Below, one piece after another: positions 1 through 12,600 of a stretch of 64,000 nucleotides of DNA. Made by a program: the position numbers and the translations under genes. The notes beneath the pieces were generated by a model. It was not told the origin of the DNA, ran no database searches, and saw only the letters and a list, made by a program, of their open reading frames with translations. The stretch comes from Amphiscolops sp. MND2022 (Eukaryota): NCBI GenBank assembly GCA_964187785.1, contig OZ076421.1:27838001-27902000 (forward strand), written 5' to 3'. Positions within the stretch are counted from its first letter, which is position 1, and each line of letters starts with the position of its first letter.

Positions 1-3000
1 AACTATCTACATGAGACCAGGGGTCCCCTGAGACATTCCCGCTACAAAACCGAAGCTCCAGATCTTTGAAAGTACCCAAAGAAGCTTCTGTAGTACACAC
101 TGACACTGCATTAGCAACATTAGCGAGGTAAGACTGTGCGGGCATGATGACTTCGAACAGCCGACTTCGGGGTTCACTACAATCAACTCCGGGGAATTTG
201 ACAGCTGGGAGCTCTGGCAACTTAGTTGTAAGGCACAAACAACTCAATTGGAAGATGTGGAACAAATGTTTACGCATCTTCAGCCCAGGCATTTCTATCA
301 GGGTGGCTACCATGTCAGTAAAGACCTCAGGGGTATCTTTGGCTCCGGAATTCAACTGGCGGAAGTACTCTAAAAAGTCAATGTACTCATCGCGGACATC
401 AGCCTCTGGGGAATTTTCCAACCATCCTCGCAAACTGAAGGATCGATACAATGCTGAAAAGCAATAGGTGGCTTGATCAAGAGGAAGACACAAGAGGGCC
501 ATTGGGTCGAAACAACCCAAACCTCTGACAATACCTGCATTCAGACTGATATCCGACAAGAAGACTTTCAGAAGGTAGACGAGATAATTGCGAGCTTTGG
601 TAGCGAAATCGTCCCGGATGGCTCCAACTGCAATTTCTGTCTCCTCAGGTGTCAGCTGTTTTTCACTATGAATCTTCTTGACACGAGCGAGACAAGCCCC
701 ATCAAGATTCTCTTTCAGCTTTAAGCGAGTCAGGAAATCTCGGTTGGACAGTTGTCGCCAGTTCTGTCCTTGCATGTCGTCTAGGGCTTTCCAGTCTAAA
801 ATCTCTGGCACATGTCTAGGAAGTAGTGCCCGTGCTGCCAGCTTTCTGATGAAGGTGTGGAACTCGCGGAAGGTATAGAAGCCACTGTCCCTTCGTTGTG
901 CGAATTGACTCTCGAAGCTCTTGGTATCTGAAATACAAAATGCTCAATTGTCCTGGAGGGTACATATAACACCTGTGAACCCTCTATGACAAATTTCTAC
1001 TTGTGGATGCCTAACTCTGCCTACCGATGGAAAATTGAGACAATTCGGCCCAAAGACTGTACGAAGAGAACCCAATACTAACAATCACGGACTATCCGAG
1101 CGAAGAATTCCAGTTTGATAGTGTAGAAATCGTCGGCTACGATTTCCCACTCAAGACTTTGTGGCTTGCTCTTCACTCCCTGATTCATTTGAGGTGGCGC
1201 AACCTTTGTCAGGTATTGGTGAACGGACTTCCAGTTAGCAATCAGTTCGGAGCATATCGTTGGCACTGCAGCAATATCCAAATGGCAAGTTGTCATAGCC
1301 TACAAACAACATGAAAATTAGAATCAACCTATAACTGGACCTACAGGCGGTGAGACATTGACCTTACCCTGACAAATTCCGGCATTAAGGCAGCCCAAGG
1401 TTGTCCACCGCAGCCATCCAAGAAGGTGATCAGAAACTTCAACTGGGAGAAGAAACTGATGGATCCAAACACGCTGCCCCAACGTTCATGCATCATGCTC
1501 AGCAAGGACAAAGCATCGAATCTGAAGGGATATTCAATCCCCTTCTGGAAGAAACAGGAACGCTCAAGAAGCGGGATCAGCTCTGCTGGACACCCAGACA
1601 CACTCACAATTTGTGGCTGTGCAGATATTGCAGACAAGAGTCGAGAGAGGGCTAGCAAGAAGCCCGCAGCAGGCTCTGAGGCAGTTCGATAGCGCAGCAG
1701 CCGGACAACATTGAGGGACTCGCCTTTCCAGAAACGGATCGACACGAAGCTATAAGTACCTTGCGTCTCGAATTCCAAGGAGTACTGGCCTGTGGCTTTG
1801 ACCTGATACGCGATGTCAGAGATGCCACAGAGGAAGATATGATGGAAGATCGTCTGAAACAAATTAGCATGGATGAAAATATACCCCGTCCATAATAGTC
1901 TGGAAAGACCTCGAGGTTGAAAATAGTTGATACTTACTGTCAATGTTGTGGAGCCCCAATTATAAGGGGAGAACAGACTCTGGTGGTTGGTCACAGTTCC
2001 AATTTGTGACCACAGTGACTCGAGGACGTGCAGATCTCCGCAGCGAGGAGCAAAGAGGGCGACCAAAGAGATCTGTACACACAGTCTGATTTCCTCTTGC
2101 CCAGCAATGGAACCCAAACCAGCCATGTGGTCCTCGTAGAACGGATAACTGCATCCCATCTCAACTAAAGGGGCCTGCATGAAGAAGGGTTTCTCCCTCT
2201 CTAGTTCTAAGGGAGTAAGGATTTGGCCTTTCTTTCCCCTGACCTCATGGATGATTCGCCCAGTGACACTGTCCTTTTTCTTCAAATTCTCATATCTCCA
2301 GCGCTGATCCTTACGAAAGTGGGACTCACACTGGAAATGTCGGGTAATCTCTCGGGCGCCTTTTGAGAAAATTGACACATTGGCCTTACAAATCTGGCAA
2401 TAAAACTTATGTTTATTGTGCTCAGGATCGAGCGGCCCAGTGACAAAGGTCCGAGTCCATTGAATTCCTTTGGAATATGCCTCCTTCATTATTTTGCCAC
2501 TTCGTCCTGGAACCCGACGACGCTTGCGTGGTGGACTGGAGGCGGAAGCTTGATCAGCAGTCAGGGTAGCCAACGGCTCATAGTCCGTGGAACAGAATCC
2601 TGGACTGGGGACTTGGTGGCTAATAGTGGGATCAGTAGTGCAGGGAGAATCTTGGCCAGGAGGACTTGGGGGAGGCACAATACTCAATTCCTTGCCGGTT
2701 CTCTGGGAGTTGATGACAAACTCATCTTCTGAACTGAGGGCTCCACTGGTGTACCCCTCGGTACCAATGTCACTATCCTGACCTTCTAAACCAGGGCTAT
2801 CGGACTTCTTTCGGAAGCACTTGATGCGTTGTTTGGCGGGACCCTGATGGGTACTTTGGGAACGACCCACACGAAATGCCTCCTCTAAGATGTTCTTCAT
2901 TTGATGAAAACAAGAAGTGAGAGTCTCAGTGGACACAGCACGCAAAATAGAGTGCACCTGCCCCTGGTTGAAGGCTACTGTCGCATGGCCCACTGGAAGG

Positions 3001-3767
3001 ATACTCGGATTAGTCTCCGTGAAATGCTGATTGATGAGAGTACGCGCAGATGCAGACAAAGCCCGTGTGGGACTAAGGAGCTTTGGGGACGTGGCATCTG
3101 GCAACCCTGCAGAGGAGGTCAGTCCAGCCTCTTTAGGAACTTCTGACCCGGTGGCGCTCAAATTTTCCAAGGCGATTAGGAAAGGGGATTCTTTAAGAGT
3201 TTCTGCGCCTGAACTGTCCTGCAATTCTTCGGCGTCGCTGGTATCAGTTTGAAAATAATCCACCTTGGTAGCGGAAATACCCGCCTCGCTGTGGACGTCA
3301 GTCATCAGATCAGCATATTCTTCAGCAGACCCTTTATTGCTGGTCTCACCCGTGACCTGTAGAATAGGGTCCGACTCAGAGACCTTCTCAGCAACAGTTG
3401 GGAGCGACTTGTTTACGATGGCAGATGTAGTAGGAGGCAGGAAGGAAATGCCGAGTCCACTGCCCTGGCAACCGAGAGTTTGCAGCTGGCGTTCGATGTA
3501 TGCAGAGATACTTTCGTCAGTGGATGGACTAGGCGTTGGGACGGTCGTAGCTGGATTATCGCCTGGCAGCTCAATGTGTTCGGACTCAACGTCCCCGTGA
3601 CCTGAGATGGCCTGACTAGCTGTTGCCTTTTCATGGCTTTGCGAGACCTCTTCTTCGATTCGCGGTTCTGTGGTAGTAGCAAGGACAGCTTCACTTTGCT
3701 CTTCTGACGACATGTCTAAATAGAAAGAGATAAACTCAGGCGGATAACTTCCTGAAAAAGAGTCCAT
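1..3767 (-). CDS. Multi-exon gene: long Ser/Thr/Glu-rich N-terminus, BED-type zinc finger, then a hAT-transposase-like body without obvious catalytic residues; runs off the window start
   Basis: 808-aa ORF 3767-1341 contains FYCQIC...RHFQCESH (C2H2/BED-like). GT-AG introns at 1937-1854 (84 nt, in frame) and 1367-1300 (68 nt), probably also ~1082-1021 and ~972-928. An unlisted stop-free frame of ~309 codons runs from 927 to 1 (DTKSFESQFAQRR...GCFDPMALL...DPWSHVDS). The hAT resemblance is by eye only. Confidence 0.55.
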
Positions 3768-4995
3768 TACCGCGTTTAAAAATCTTCCGGAAGTAGATAT
3801 TTTGAACTCGAGTGAATGCTTGAGTTATGGGACAGGAAGTACGTGAATGAAACGAGAGCCCTGATCAAGCCTCAGATTAATTCATTATCAAGATTAGAAG
3901 TGAAAATCCTAAATTGCTACTCACCTGACTGATTCTGGTAGAAGTGTGTCCTGTGTGCAAAACTGCTGATGGCAAGTTGACTGGCTGTCGTAGAATTTGG
4001 AGACAGATGGAATTGTCAGCGGAAGCGTCGGTGAATCTGTTTAATGTCTGTGCAATAGTTGCCGCTTGGGGGAGCAAATTCTTCTTCGGAAGAAGACGAG
4101 AATGGTGAATATGGCAGGAATTGCCGAAAGGGACTCAGTGTCGATGGTCCTGGGACGGCCCAAGAAATCCACAAAAGACGTAAAGGAGAGAGATTACAAA
4201 TGGAAACTTCAAACAAATACAAAGAAAATACTACTCAAAGACTAAAGACTAAAGACGGTTAAATACTGGACGATAATACAAGAAGAGTAATTCGAAGGAA
4301 TTTGAAAGTAAAGAATTAAAAGGTGAATTGGCAATGTGACAAGATGTCAAAATTGGAGTTCGTGGCTGTACAATTTGGTGTCAAATTTAGTTATTTACAA
4401 TTCGTATTATTATGTGGATGAAGTCTGCCAGCAATATCTACATTCATTCATTTATTTCGAAACTTTGTTATTTTACAAATTATTTCATGATTTTACCATG
4501 ATTTTATTCATTTTCAAGGTCATTTATATTATTCCTTATATGGATCTACGGCCTTGGGGAGCCATTTTTATTCAGAGAGGGTTATGCTGCAATTCTATTG
4601 GTTGATCAAAACTGCTGATAGACGGCGTGGCCGTCTGCCATATCTTCATCCTCTTGAAACCCTTAAGTGCTAGATGAGTGTTAATAAACACTCAAAGTGA
4701 CGCTCTTAATATGGAAGTGTTGATAGAGTTAATGTAAGTCAACAAAGCCTCTGTCGGCATTTTCAAAGAAGACTGAGCGGCTAGTTAATAGACTCTAGAA
4801 AGAAGGAATTTTGTTATTGAAAATTTAGTCAGCAAGGAAGGGAGAAACCCCGGGAAACTGAAACGAAAACTCCCGCAAGTCGACAGAAGGGGAAACCGCC
4901 ATTGTTTCAGTTTCACTTTTGAAAACCAGCAGCTTCTCAAAACTCAAGATTTAAAACCTTTCAGTCAATTGTCCAAAATAGCTAAAAAACTGATC

Positions 4996-5835
4996 ATGGA
5001 TAAATTCCTGTCAAGTCACTTCGACTGTGAGTCTCCTCAATATTACCCCGAGGACTTTCAGGGGGCAGCGCCCGGAGACGGAATAATATACATATCATCG
5101 GACGACGACATGGAATGTGTCAGCAGCGCATCTGTTGACGACCTAGAAAGCCTGTCTGACGACGATGAGATGGCCCTCCTGGCTCAATGTGTGGAGAGAC
5201 AGATGGAGCTTCCATCGACATCAGAAGCAATTTCCATCCCTTCCTCTGCCAATAAGCAGGAAGTGACACGCGCAGCGACTCCCAGACTAGCGTACGTCCC
5301 TGGGCCTATGTTCGATGCTGGCTATTTTGACTTGGGAATGGGCAGAGGGCCGATTGCGAGAGACCCGCGACTAAGGAATGACCACCCAATCAATTTGTGT
5401 AGCCAGCTAATCCCTATGGTCGACACGCCTATGTCTCCCCCAGCCGTCGACAAATATCCGTCAGGCGACTGGAGAATAGCAGCGGAAGCCACTACTAGTA
5501 GCAAACAAGAACGTGCCAACGGAATACACTTCAGGGGACCAAGTGGCGCAGATAACCCCTACATCTCAGGATGTACAGACTGCCTCGTCTGCGGAAAATC
5601 AGTCGAACAGATTCAAGACGAGGCAGTCATCGACTACCTTCATAAAACAACCATCCAAGGAGAATCGGCCCTTCAATTCAACGCAAGAAGGCTAGCCTTC
5701 TTAGAAGGAATGAAGGTGGGATGTTTTATGCTCATTCCAGGGGGAGTGTCCCAGGCGTCCGCCTGTGATGGAAATCTCTATTCAATTAGCCACAACTACA
5801 AGAAGGCGCAGCCCAACACCCTCCCACTGAATTAA
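4996..5835 (+). CDS. Uncharacterised 279-aa protein inside the candidate LTR (acidic N-terminus, CxxCxxC motif)
   Basis: Intact ORF from ATG 4996 (MDKFLSSHFDCESPQYYPEDF...GCTDCLVCGK...TLPLN*), GC-richer than its flanks. No family recognised. Confidence 0.55.
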   Translation: MDKFLSSHFDCESPQYYPEDFQGAAPGDGIIYISSDDDMECVSSASVDDLESLSDDDEMALLAQCVERQMELPSTSEAISIPSSANKQEVTRAATPRLAYVPGPMFDAGYFDLGMGRGPIARDPRLRNDHPINLCSQLIPMVDTPMSPPAVDKYPSGDWRIAAEATTSSKQERANGIHFRGPSGADNPYISGCTDCLVCGKSVEQIQDEAVIDYLHKTTIQGESALQFNARRLAFLEGMKVGCFMLIPGGVSQASACDGNLYSISHNYKKAQPNTLPLN

Positions 5836-6725
5836 GTCTTACAAGCAAAACTATATTTGTTGCCTTAAAAGTCATGTAAAATCTTATATTTTATTTTATA
5901 CGATTTATACTAAGTAATCACAAGTAAAATTATAGTACAGGCGCTAATAATATGTATGTGAGTTAATTGGACACCAAGGCGTACAGGTAAAGGAAACGCG
6001 TTCAAATGTTTCCTCGCCTGTCGCCTTGGTCCGCGAGTCCGATTAACTCGTCAGCCAATCGCAGTGCAGTATTATTTATCTTTATTTGCTGCTATACTAT
6101 ATCGGTAGATTAAAGGACTGGATGGCTATATGCCGCCAGTCAACAAAGCGGTAGTCCGCTCTAGTACATTGGACACTGAGTCCACTTTTGAATTAAAAGC
6201 GCTGTATAATTATTGGTACTGACCACATGATCACTAGTGTTTTGATTATTTATGAAATGTACTATTAGCCCCTAAGGGACTCATGAACGATATTAGACAT
6301 GTATTGTGGGTGCAATTCATATAATTCATGCAATAAGCGTTGCGTTGAAAAACATGTACAGTGTTCTATTTTATATTGTTGCTTGTCCTTATGGACTCAC
6401 AGGCTTCCCGCCTACTCTAGCGGTCGGAAGGCCCTTTGATGTGTATAACGTCACGATGATGCTAGTTACTATTTATAGCGTTTGGCTATATTTAGAAAGT
6501 CCTTATGGCTATTTTTAGAATATGATCACCATTTTATTGAGTGTCATGTAGATTCAAATATATATAACCGGGACTGGTGGTCCCGGGGACAGAATTATCC
6601 TGATGATACTTTGATACGTTACTGTTGCGTTACTGTTACGAATTGTTTATTAAAACTACCCGTTCATTTTCACTTTGCAAGCCCGAGATATTAATTTAAA
6701 TTCTTGCCTCTTGCAATAATCTCTT

Positions 6726-7275
6726 ATGCCTTCTACTAGACGTCAAAAGGCCAAAGCTAGGAGATCTAGAGAAATGGACATGCTGTCCGACTACGATAAC
6801 CTAGACGTGATGTTGGGAAGTGAAAATAATAATCCCATTGAAAGAGAACTAGCTGAAGCGATAGATCAGTCGTCGGCCCACGGGGACGATGATACAAACG
6901 TGTACCATGAAAATGAGTTTAGAGATTACTTACATGAAAATGAACCCTTGAGGCAAAATGAAGTCAGGCAATCCTTTGAGGCCTTTTCAAGTGAGTTTAT
7001 ACTTAGATTGTCTCAAGAAATGGAATCTATGGTGTCAATAATGCATAGCCAAATAAATAGGGCTATAACAACAGCTATAGCTGAAAGAGTTATTCCAGAA
7101 ATCCAGAATATTGCGAACTCGATGTCTTCTATGGGACACAGGGACACTGAGGCCAGCTCGTCCCCAAATAGTCAGGAGAACAGGGAAAGCGCACCCGGGC
7201 CTAAAATAAAAATTGCAAAGAAAGATTCAAGATCTGTAGGTGACTTAAGAGATACCATGTGTCATGGTTCTTACA
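6726..7275 (+). pseudogene. Gag-like/helical ORF start (MPSTRRQKAKARRSREMDML...) truncated at the candidate LTR end
   Basis: About 183 coherent codons with an amphipathic segment (FSSEFILRLSQEMESMVSIMHSQINRAI). The remainder of track ORF 6726-7598 reads through unrelated repeat DNA. Confidence 0.45.
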
Positions 7276-7380
7276 GCAAGTCAGCTTATAAAGCTTATAA
7301 AATCTGTCAGTTCGGTGGTCTCAAAAAAAGAAAAGTCACTGCTATAGTCTGCGTTTTCTACGAAAAGCGCCGACTAAATC

Positions 7381-7810
7381 TAGCCGGGAAGCGCCCTAGT
7401 TGGCGCAATATCTCAGGCTCTAAACTAGCAAAAGGACTTCAAAGTGTCAAAGTATTCCTTCTACAGTACCGGAAAAACCGAAAAGTTGGATCGATTTGGC
7501 GCGCCAGGGGAGACGCTTTGAGATTTTTTTTCCCTTCTGTCGCAAGTCATCAAAAAAGTCTCACAATGCCGGAAAAACTGGAAGGCGGGACCGTTTAGTC
7601 TCGCCCGGTATTGTATGTTACGCTGAAAAAAAGGGAAAACCTTTTTGATTCAATTCTCTGGGCCAACAAGTACAATTTGGCGCCCTCTTTCAAACTGTGT
7701 AGAACTTTTGGTAGAACTATTTAGGTCACTTCAGGTGTATCGAAAAGAACACTGACGAAAAGCCATGACTATAATCAACTCTTTTCTTAAGAAAAGCGCA
7801 GACTAAAAAC
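7381..7810 (-). mobile_element. Non-autonomous Helentron-like element (HINE/DINE-1-like), complete copy
   Basis: On the minus strand it starts GTTTTTAGTCTGCGCTTTTCTTAAGAAAA (7810) and ends GCGCCAACTAGGGCGCTTCCCGGCTA (7381). The body matches 36700-36850 in reverse complement. Confidence 0.6.
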
Positions 7811-9643
7811 ATTCATGTTAAATTTAACCAAGTGCTCACATTTTGAATATAATTTTGAGACATATTTTATGGTAAACCCCCTGGTCTGTTTTCAACATTT
7901 AATAAATTTTGGTAAAATTGTTCAACAAAACAACACCAAGAATTTTGGGGTTATCCTTCTGAAATTTTACAATTGAAAGTCTTAAGACTCCAATATTTGA
8001 CTTATAATCTCAAAACCAAAACGTTTTTATACAAACTCAAAGGTTTCGTCAGAATATAGGCCGTTCAATAGAAGCTCGAAAAATGTTAAGTATCAGCTTT
8101 ACAACGCCAAAAAACGTCGAACTGTATCTTTTGAATTCTTCAATTACCTCACAAAATTACATCTATATTTCCATATTCACATTCGAGTTTCCATCAAACA
8201 TAACAAATTCTTCGAATAAGATCACTTTGCTCCGAGTAAACATTGCTTACTGCCTCGAGCAAGTAGTTTATCAACTCGACTGAAGTTCACATTCTTTCAC
8301 AATTCAAGTCGTTCAGAGATTTTTCTGACGAAGTCACTATCGCTCAAGGACACTCGGTTACATGGCTTTCTATGATCTCTACTCGTTGGAACACGATTCC
8401 CATCAAAAATGGCGTCTCGCATTGCAAGCATCCTAACGAACTGAGAGGCATGTTTATAGCAATAATGAGGCCGTTTCATTTATTTTAAAGCGAAATTTTA
8501 CTCTTGGGCAAATTTCAGAATTATAAAAACTTGAGGTCCGCCTATGGCTTCGCATTACATCTGCCACACCTAAACTTCTCAAAAATAAAAAATCTCAAAA
8601 TTCAATTGTATCCATTCCTTCTGGTCCTCTTGAACGTCCTAAACAAACAAAATTCGCGCATTGGATTGATGTCTGTGAATTCCATGTACTTCAATTGGGG
8701 TTCAAAAGTGATTATCTTGGACAGTAATTGATCGTATCTTTCAGTTTGGTCACTTAGGACAGCAATCGTCCCCAGACGTACCCAGGGGTTGAAAAAACTT
8801 GAATTGACTGCATTTCAATTTTATCGATAGTTTCAACTTTTCATAGGGTTTAACTTTTATCGATTGATTTTGCACTGACGAATCTTAGACTCTGCTTAAA
8901 GCTGAATCCTAGTATAGTTGGATTCCAGCGGTCGACTATGTCTGAGGAAGTTGGAGTCAAGGTAATACTGACGTCAACTCATAACATGAAATCAAAATTA
9001 TCAAAACTCTAGCAACCAGGTTTGTCATCTAAAGAATAGCAAACCACGCTTTTGTCAATATTCCCAGTTTACTCATTGAAGCCGGGTTTTTTTAAAAAAA
9101 AGTGGTAAATTGTCATGCTTCAAAGCGGAGCGTTGGCTCAGAGATCATGGCTATTTCCTAAGATTTCCTAAGATTCTGAAAGAAAAATGGAAGTAGTAAG
9201 TGTATCTATCCAACTAGTTAAGTAGACAAGTGGAACGCAATAAATGAATGGCAGTTGGCTGAGAAAAAAAAACGTACGATTCGTTACTTTTCTAAGAAAA
9301 CTGTTTGTGGCTGAGACAAAAGTTGTTTGCGGGGAGATGGGATTGAAAAAAGGTATGGTTGCGAAACATCAAAACATTGGTGTTGCACATGTACTATGGT
9401 ACGTTACAAAAACACTAACAGGAAATACTTGCTAAAACATCATTTCTCGAAGCCAGCGTGATTGGTCAGAACTATCTAATGAGCGAAGAAACTTTGAATT
9501 TATATTAACATTAAAATTGGTGTACTACTTTTATTTTCTCATTCTAATTTCTATGCATTCATTCTTTTTTTATTCTTCATTCCATCTTCCATTCATTCAT
9601 GCAGAAAATTAATCTTCTCTCGCATCTCTTAGCTAGCGACTGT

Positions 9644-12600
9644 TCACCAGTCCTGAAGTATGGGGTCAGCCCACCCACAAGATCTTTCTATACCCAGGTT
9701 GTAATCGCTAGCGTTCTTGGAAGAATTGGGGAAAGCGGCACTTGTTGGCAGTCTCACCCATCCCTCTTCACCCCAGTAGTGACCCCAACTGTTCCTCACA
9801 ACCCAGTATTCACCCACTGTTTCGTCTACCCCCCAACCGACGACTGACACGATATGGTTGCAATCAGCCTGGGCATAGGGCACGTATTCTTGGTAGACGT
9901 AACCACCTGGACAAAAATTCACGTTTTTACTCTCAATATCATAAAACTGAATAGTATCACAATCTAGGCTAGATTCTCGTGCAATAATACCAATCAATGT
10001 CCTACGCAAGTGGGAGTTTTACCTTCTGACAAAATGATATGCGAAACAATTTAAAAATGTCTGTCATCAAATTGCAGATCTTTACTTTTTTGACATTGGT
10101 GAATTAATTGATCTCATTTCATTTACAAATAGGATAATGTTTTCTGTTTATGCTCTCACTATTTTTGTTTAGATTATAGAAGCGAAATGATAAATGTCAA
10201 ATCTCCAGCACACTCAAAAAAATCTTTTCGAAAGGTTTCCTCTTGAAAAGCCTCAGTGCTTATTGAAAGCCTTTCCAGGGTGCAAGATAAACTAATATTT
10301 ATATTTATATGGTATTTATAGCATAATATCTGCAAAAAATGTGAAAAATTATGTATGGTAAACCCTGATAAATTCAATTATACTATTATCTAGTGTGGTG
10401 TTTAACCAGGGTCTGTAAAAATATGGTCCATAATCCAAGCATGCCTATTTATCGAGGCATTTTTATCGAGTGAGTAAAAATAGATGCTCTCAATTAGAGG
10501 CGATACAATGCCAATAGGAGCAGAAAAGAAGCTTGGCAAATAAATTGAAAAATTGAAACTTTGTGCAAAAAGTGTAAGCTCTAGAATTGGTCAAATTTCA
10601 AATTTTGGAAGCTCCTTTCTCGAGTCTTGCGTTATTAAAAAGCATGAAGATGTGACTCGCTGAGAGTTGGCTTGAAGTTGGAAATACAGAAGATTTAAAA
10701 TTGTTTAATCAAATAATTACATTCATTTAGCATGGAAAGTACAGATCAAAAAAATATCTTCCAAGCTGTGAAAATTCAAAAAATTCCAAAAAGAAAGTCG
10801 AAGTATAAGTACTTTTTTGGACGTTGGTAATATCGTGAAACTTCTGAGGAACCGAAGAGAAACCACCATTTTGAATGGTAGAAAAATTTTAGACATTGCA
10901 TTGAAACGTCCTACGATGATTTGAGTTCTAAAACATTCCCAGTGTAACCTTGGAATTGAGTGAGCTGTTGCGTGGCGTGCACACAGCATGCGAGGGGTCC
11001 CCCAGAGTAGATCTCGTTCTTCATGTCGTCTCTGCCCTGTAGCTCCCCATAGTTTGACACCTGGTAGTGGGTGAAGTTACTCACAGGGGAGCAGTTGCCG
11101 AAACCCCAGCAAGTTCCACACTGAAACGATCATGCATTCACAAGTATAGTAAACAAACCGGGAACGGCCCAAGTCGGCACCTCACTTGAGGCTCAATAAG
11201 TGCAAGTACTTCATAGCTTTCAAGAACTGTTTTTCAAAACATTCTCAATCGCATAGTGCCAAAAATTCAAAGGGGACCCTTTGGGCTTAAAAAGGTTTTC
11301 GAGCTTAAAACATCAGTAGAACCATCAACGTAGGACCATTGTGAAAAAGAAAAGTTTCGAAAACAGTAGCGCAGTGTCGAAATTTGCACATGGCTGTTTA
11401 ATCAAAATAAATATGTTGAAAAACGAAATGGAGGACCCTTTGAACTATTTTGGCATTTGTAGATTCTCTGTAAATTCGACCATATGGAAAAAACTATAAA
11501 GAGCATTTATAATTGTCGCGTTTTATTTAATAAAGTGTCGACTAAGAACGGTTCTCATCCACAAAAGATACATAATTCAGATTTGGAGAAAAAACGAAGA
11601 AGTCAGTCCGAGAAGATGGCCTTGAACAGGATGCTAGAACCACTGTTACTTTCTGAAACTTATATTTCTAAAATAAGCTTTGTTTTCAACAAAAATAACG
11701 CTTTGTAATTATTTGTCAAAGTCTTTAAAACTATAGTTTTATAATTCATGATCAGCTTGAATCGGGGACGCTACAAAATGGCCGATTATCAGGCATAACG
11801 AAACAGCCAATTTTTGAAGCGTAACATAAACGACATAATCAGGTACGGAGACAAACATAGTGCCTCGAATGCAGTAGCAAAGCGGAGCGGATTACTTGAC
11901 TAGCGGCTAATTTTCACGAAGGCAGACATGAGAGATGCCCATGGAAAACAGTGATGATGATAATAAGGTTACTTACTTGGTTATAAGCAGTGCAGGACTG
12001 ATCCTTGGCTTGGTAGTTGTTACAGGTCTCATGGGGCACTCCAGTGTTATGCATATACCTAAACAGTGAAGGACTTGCAATGAAAGAAATGCTTTTTTTT
12101 GGCGTCGCATACTCCAAGCTAGAGACTTGATCCAAAATCAATATTACGTGGGTAGAACTGATGGGGTCGATGAAACGATGACAACTGTATATAAAAGAAA
12201 AGTAAAAAGTGTTGAGCAACTTTGTGTGCCCTGAACAAATAGTTTTTTTTCATTCCGAAGTTTCATGTTCAGATGGTAAGCTGTTCAACACGTGGCTATC
12301 TAAGTTGTCAAAAGTAGTGTTACAAAATGGAAGGAATCCTGTAGACTGATAAACGCGGACAGGCCATGGGAATGTTGACTGATAAAAGAAGTAAATTGGA
12401 AACGTCTCAAGTTGGCGCCCGCTTGAGGCTCAAAAAGTGAAACGCGACTGTTATAGTGACTCTTTTTTTTCAATCCACACGAACTGACAAAAATAGTTCT
12501 TAAAAGTTCTACAAAATATAATTGCACCAAATTGCACCATTTGGCCTAGCGAACTGAACCAAAAAGGTTTTTCCTGTTTTCCCGCGTAACATACCATACT

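Larger units (their letters stand above)
4335..7275 (+). mobile_element. Candidate long LTR (~2.94 kb, TGT...ACA) of a Ty3/Gypsy-like retrotransposon; either a 3' LTR or a solo LTR
   Basis: Starts TGTGACAAG at 4335 after a loosely purine-rich tract and ends GGTTCTTACA at 7275, after which the sequence switches to HINE-like repeats. GCAA lies on both sides (4331-4334, 7276-7279). No second LTR or pol is in the window. Confidence 0.45.

Noticed and set aside
7276-7598. C-terminal third of track ORF 6726-7598
   Set aside because: Read-through into HINE-like repeat DNA, not part of the real protein.
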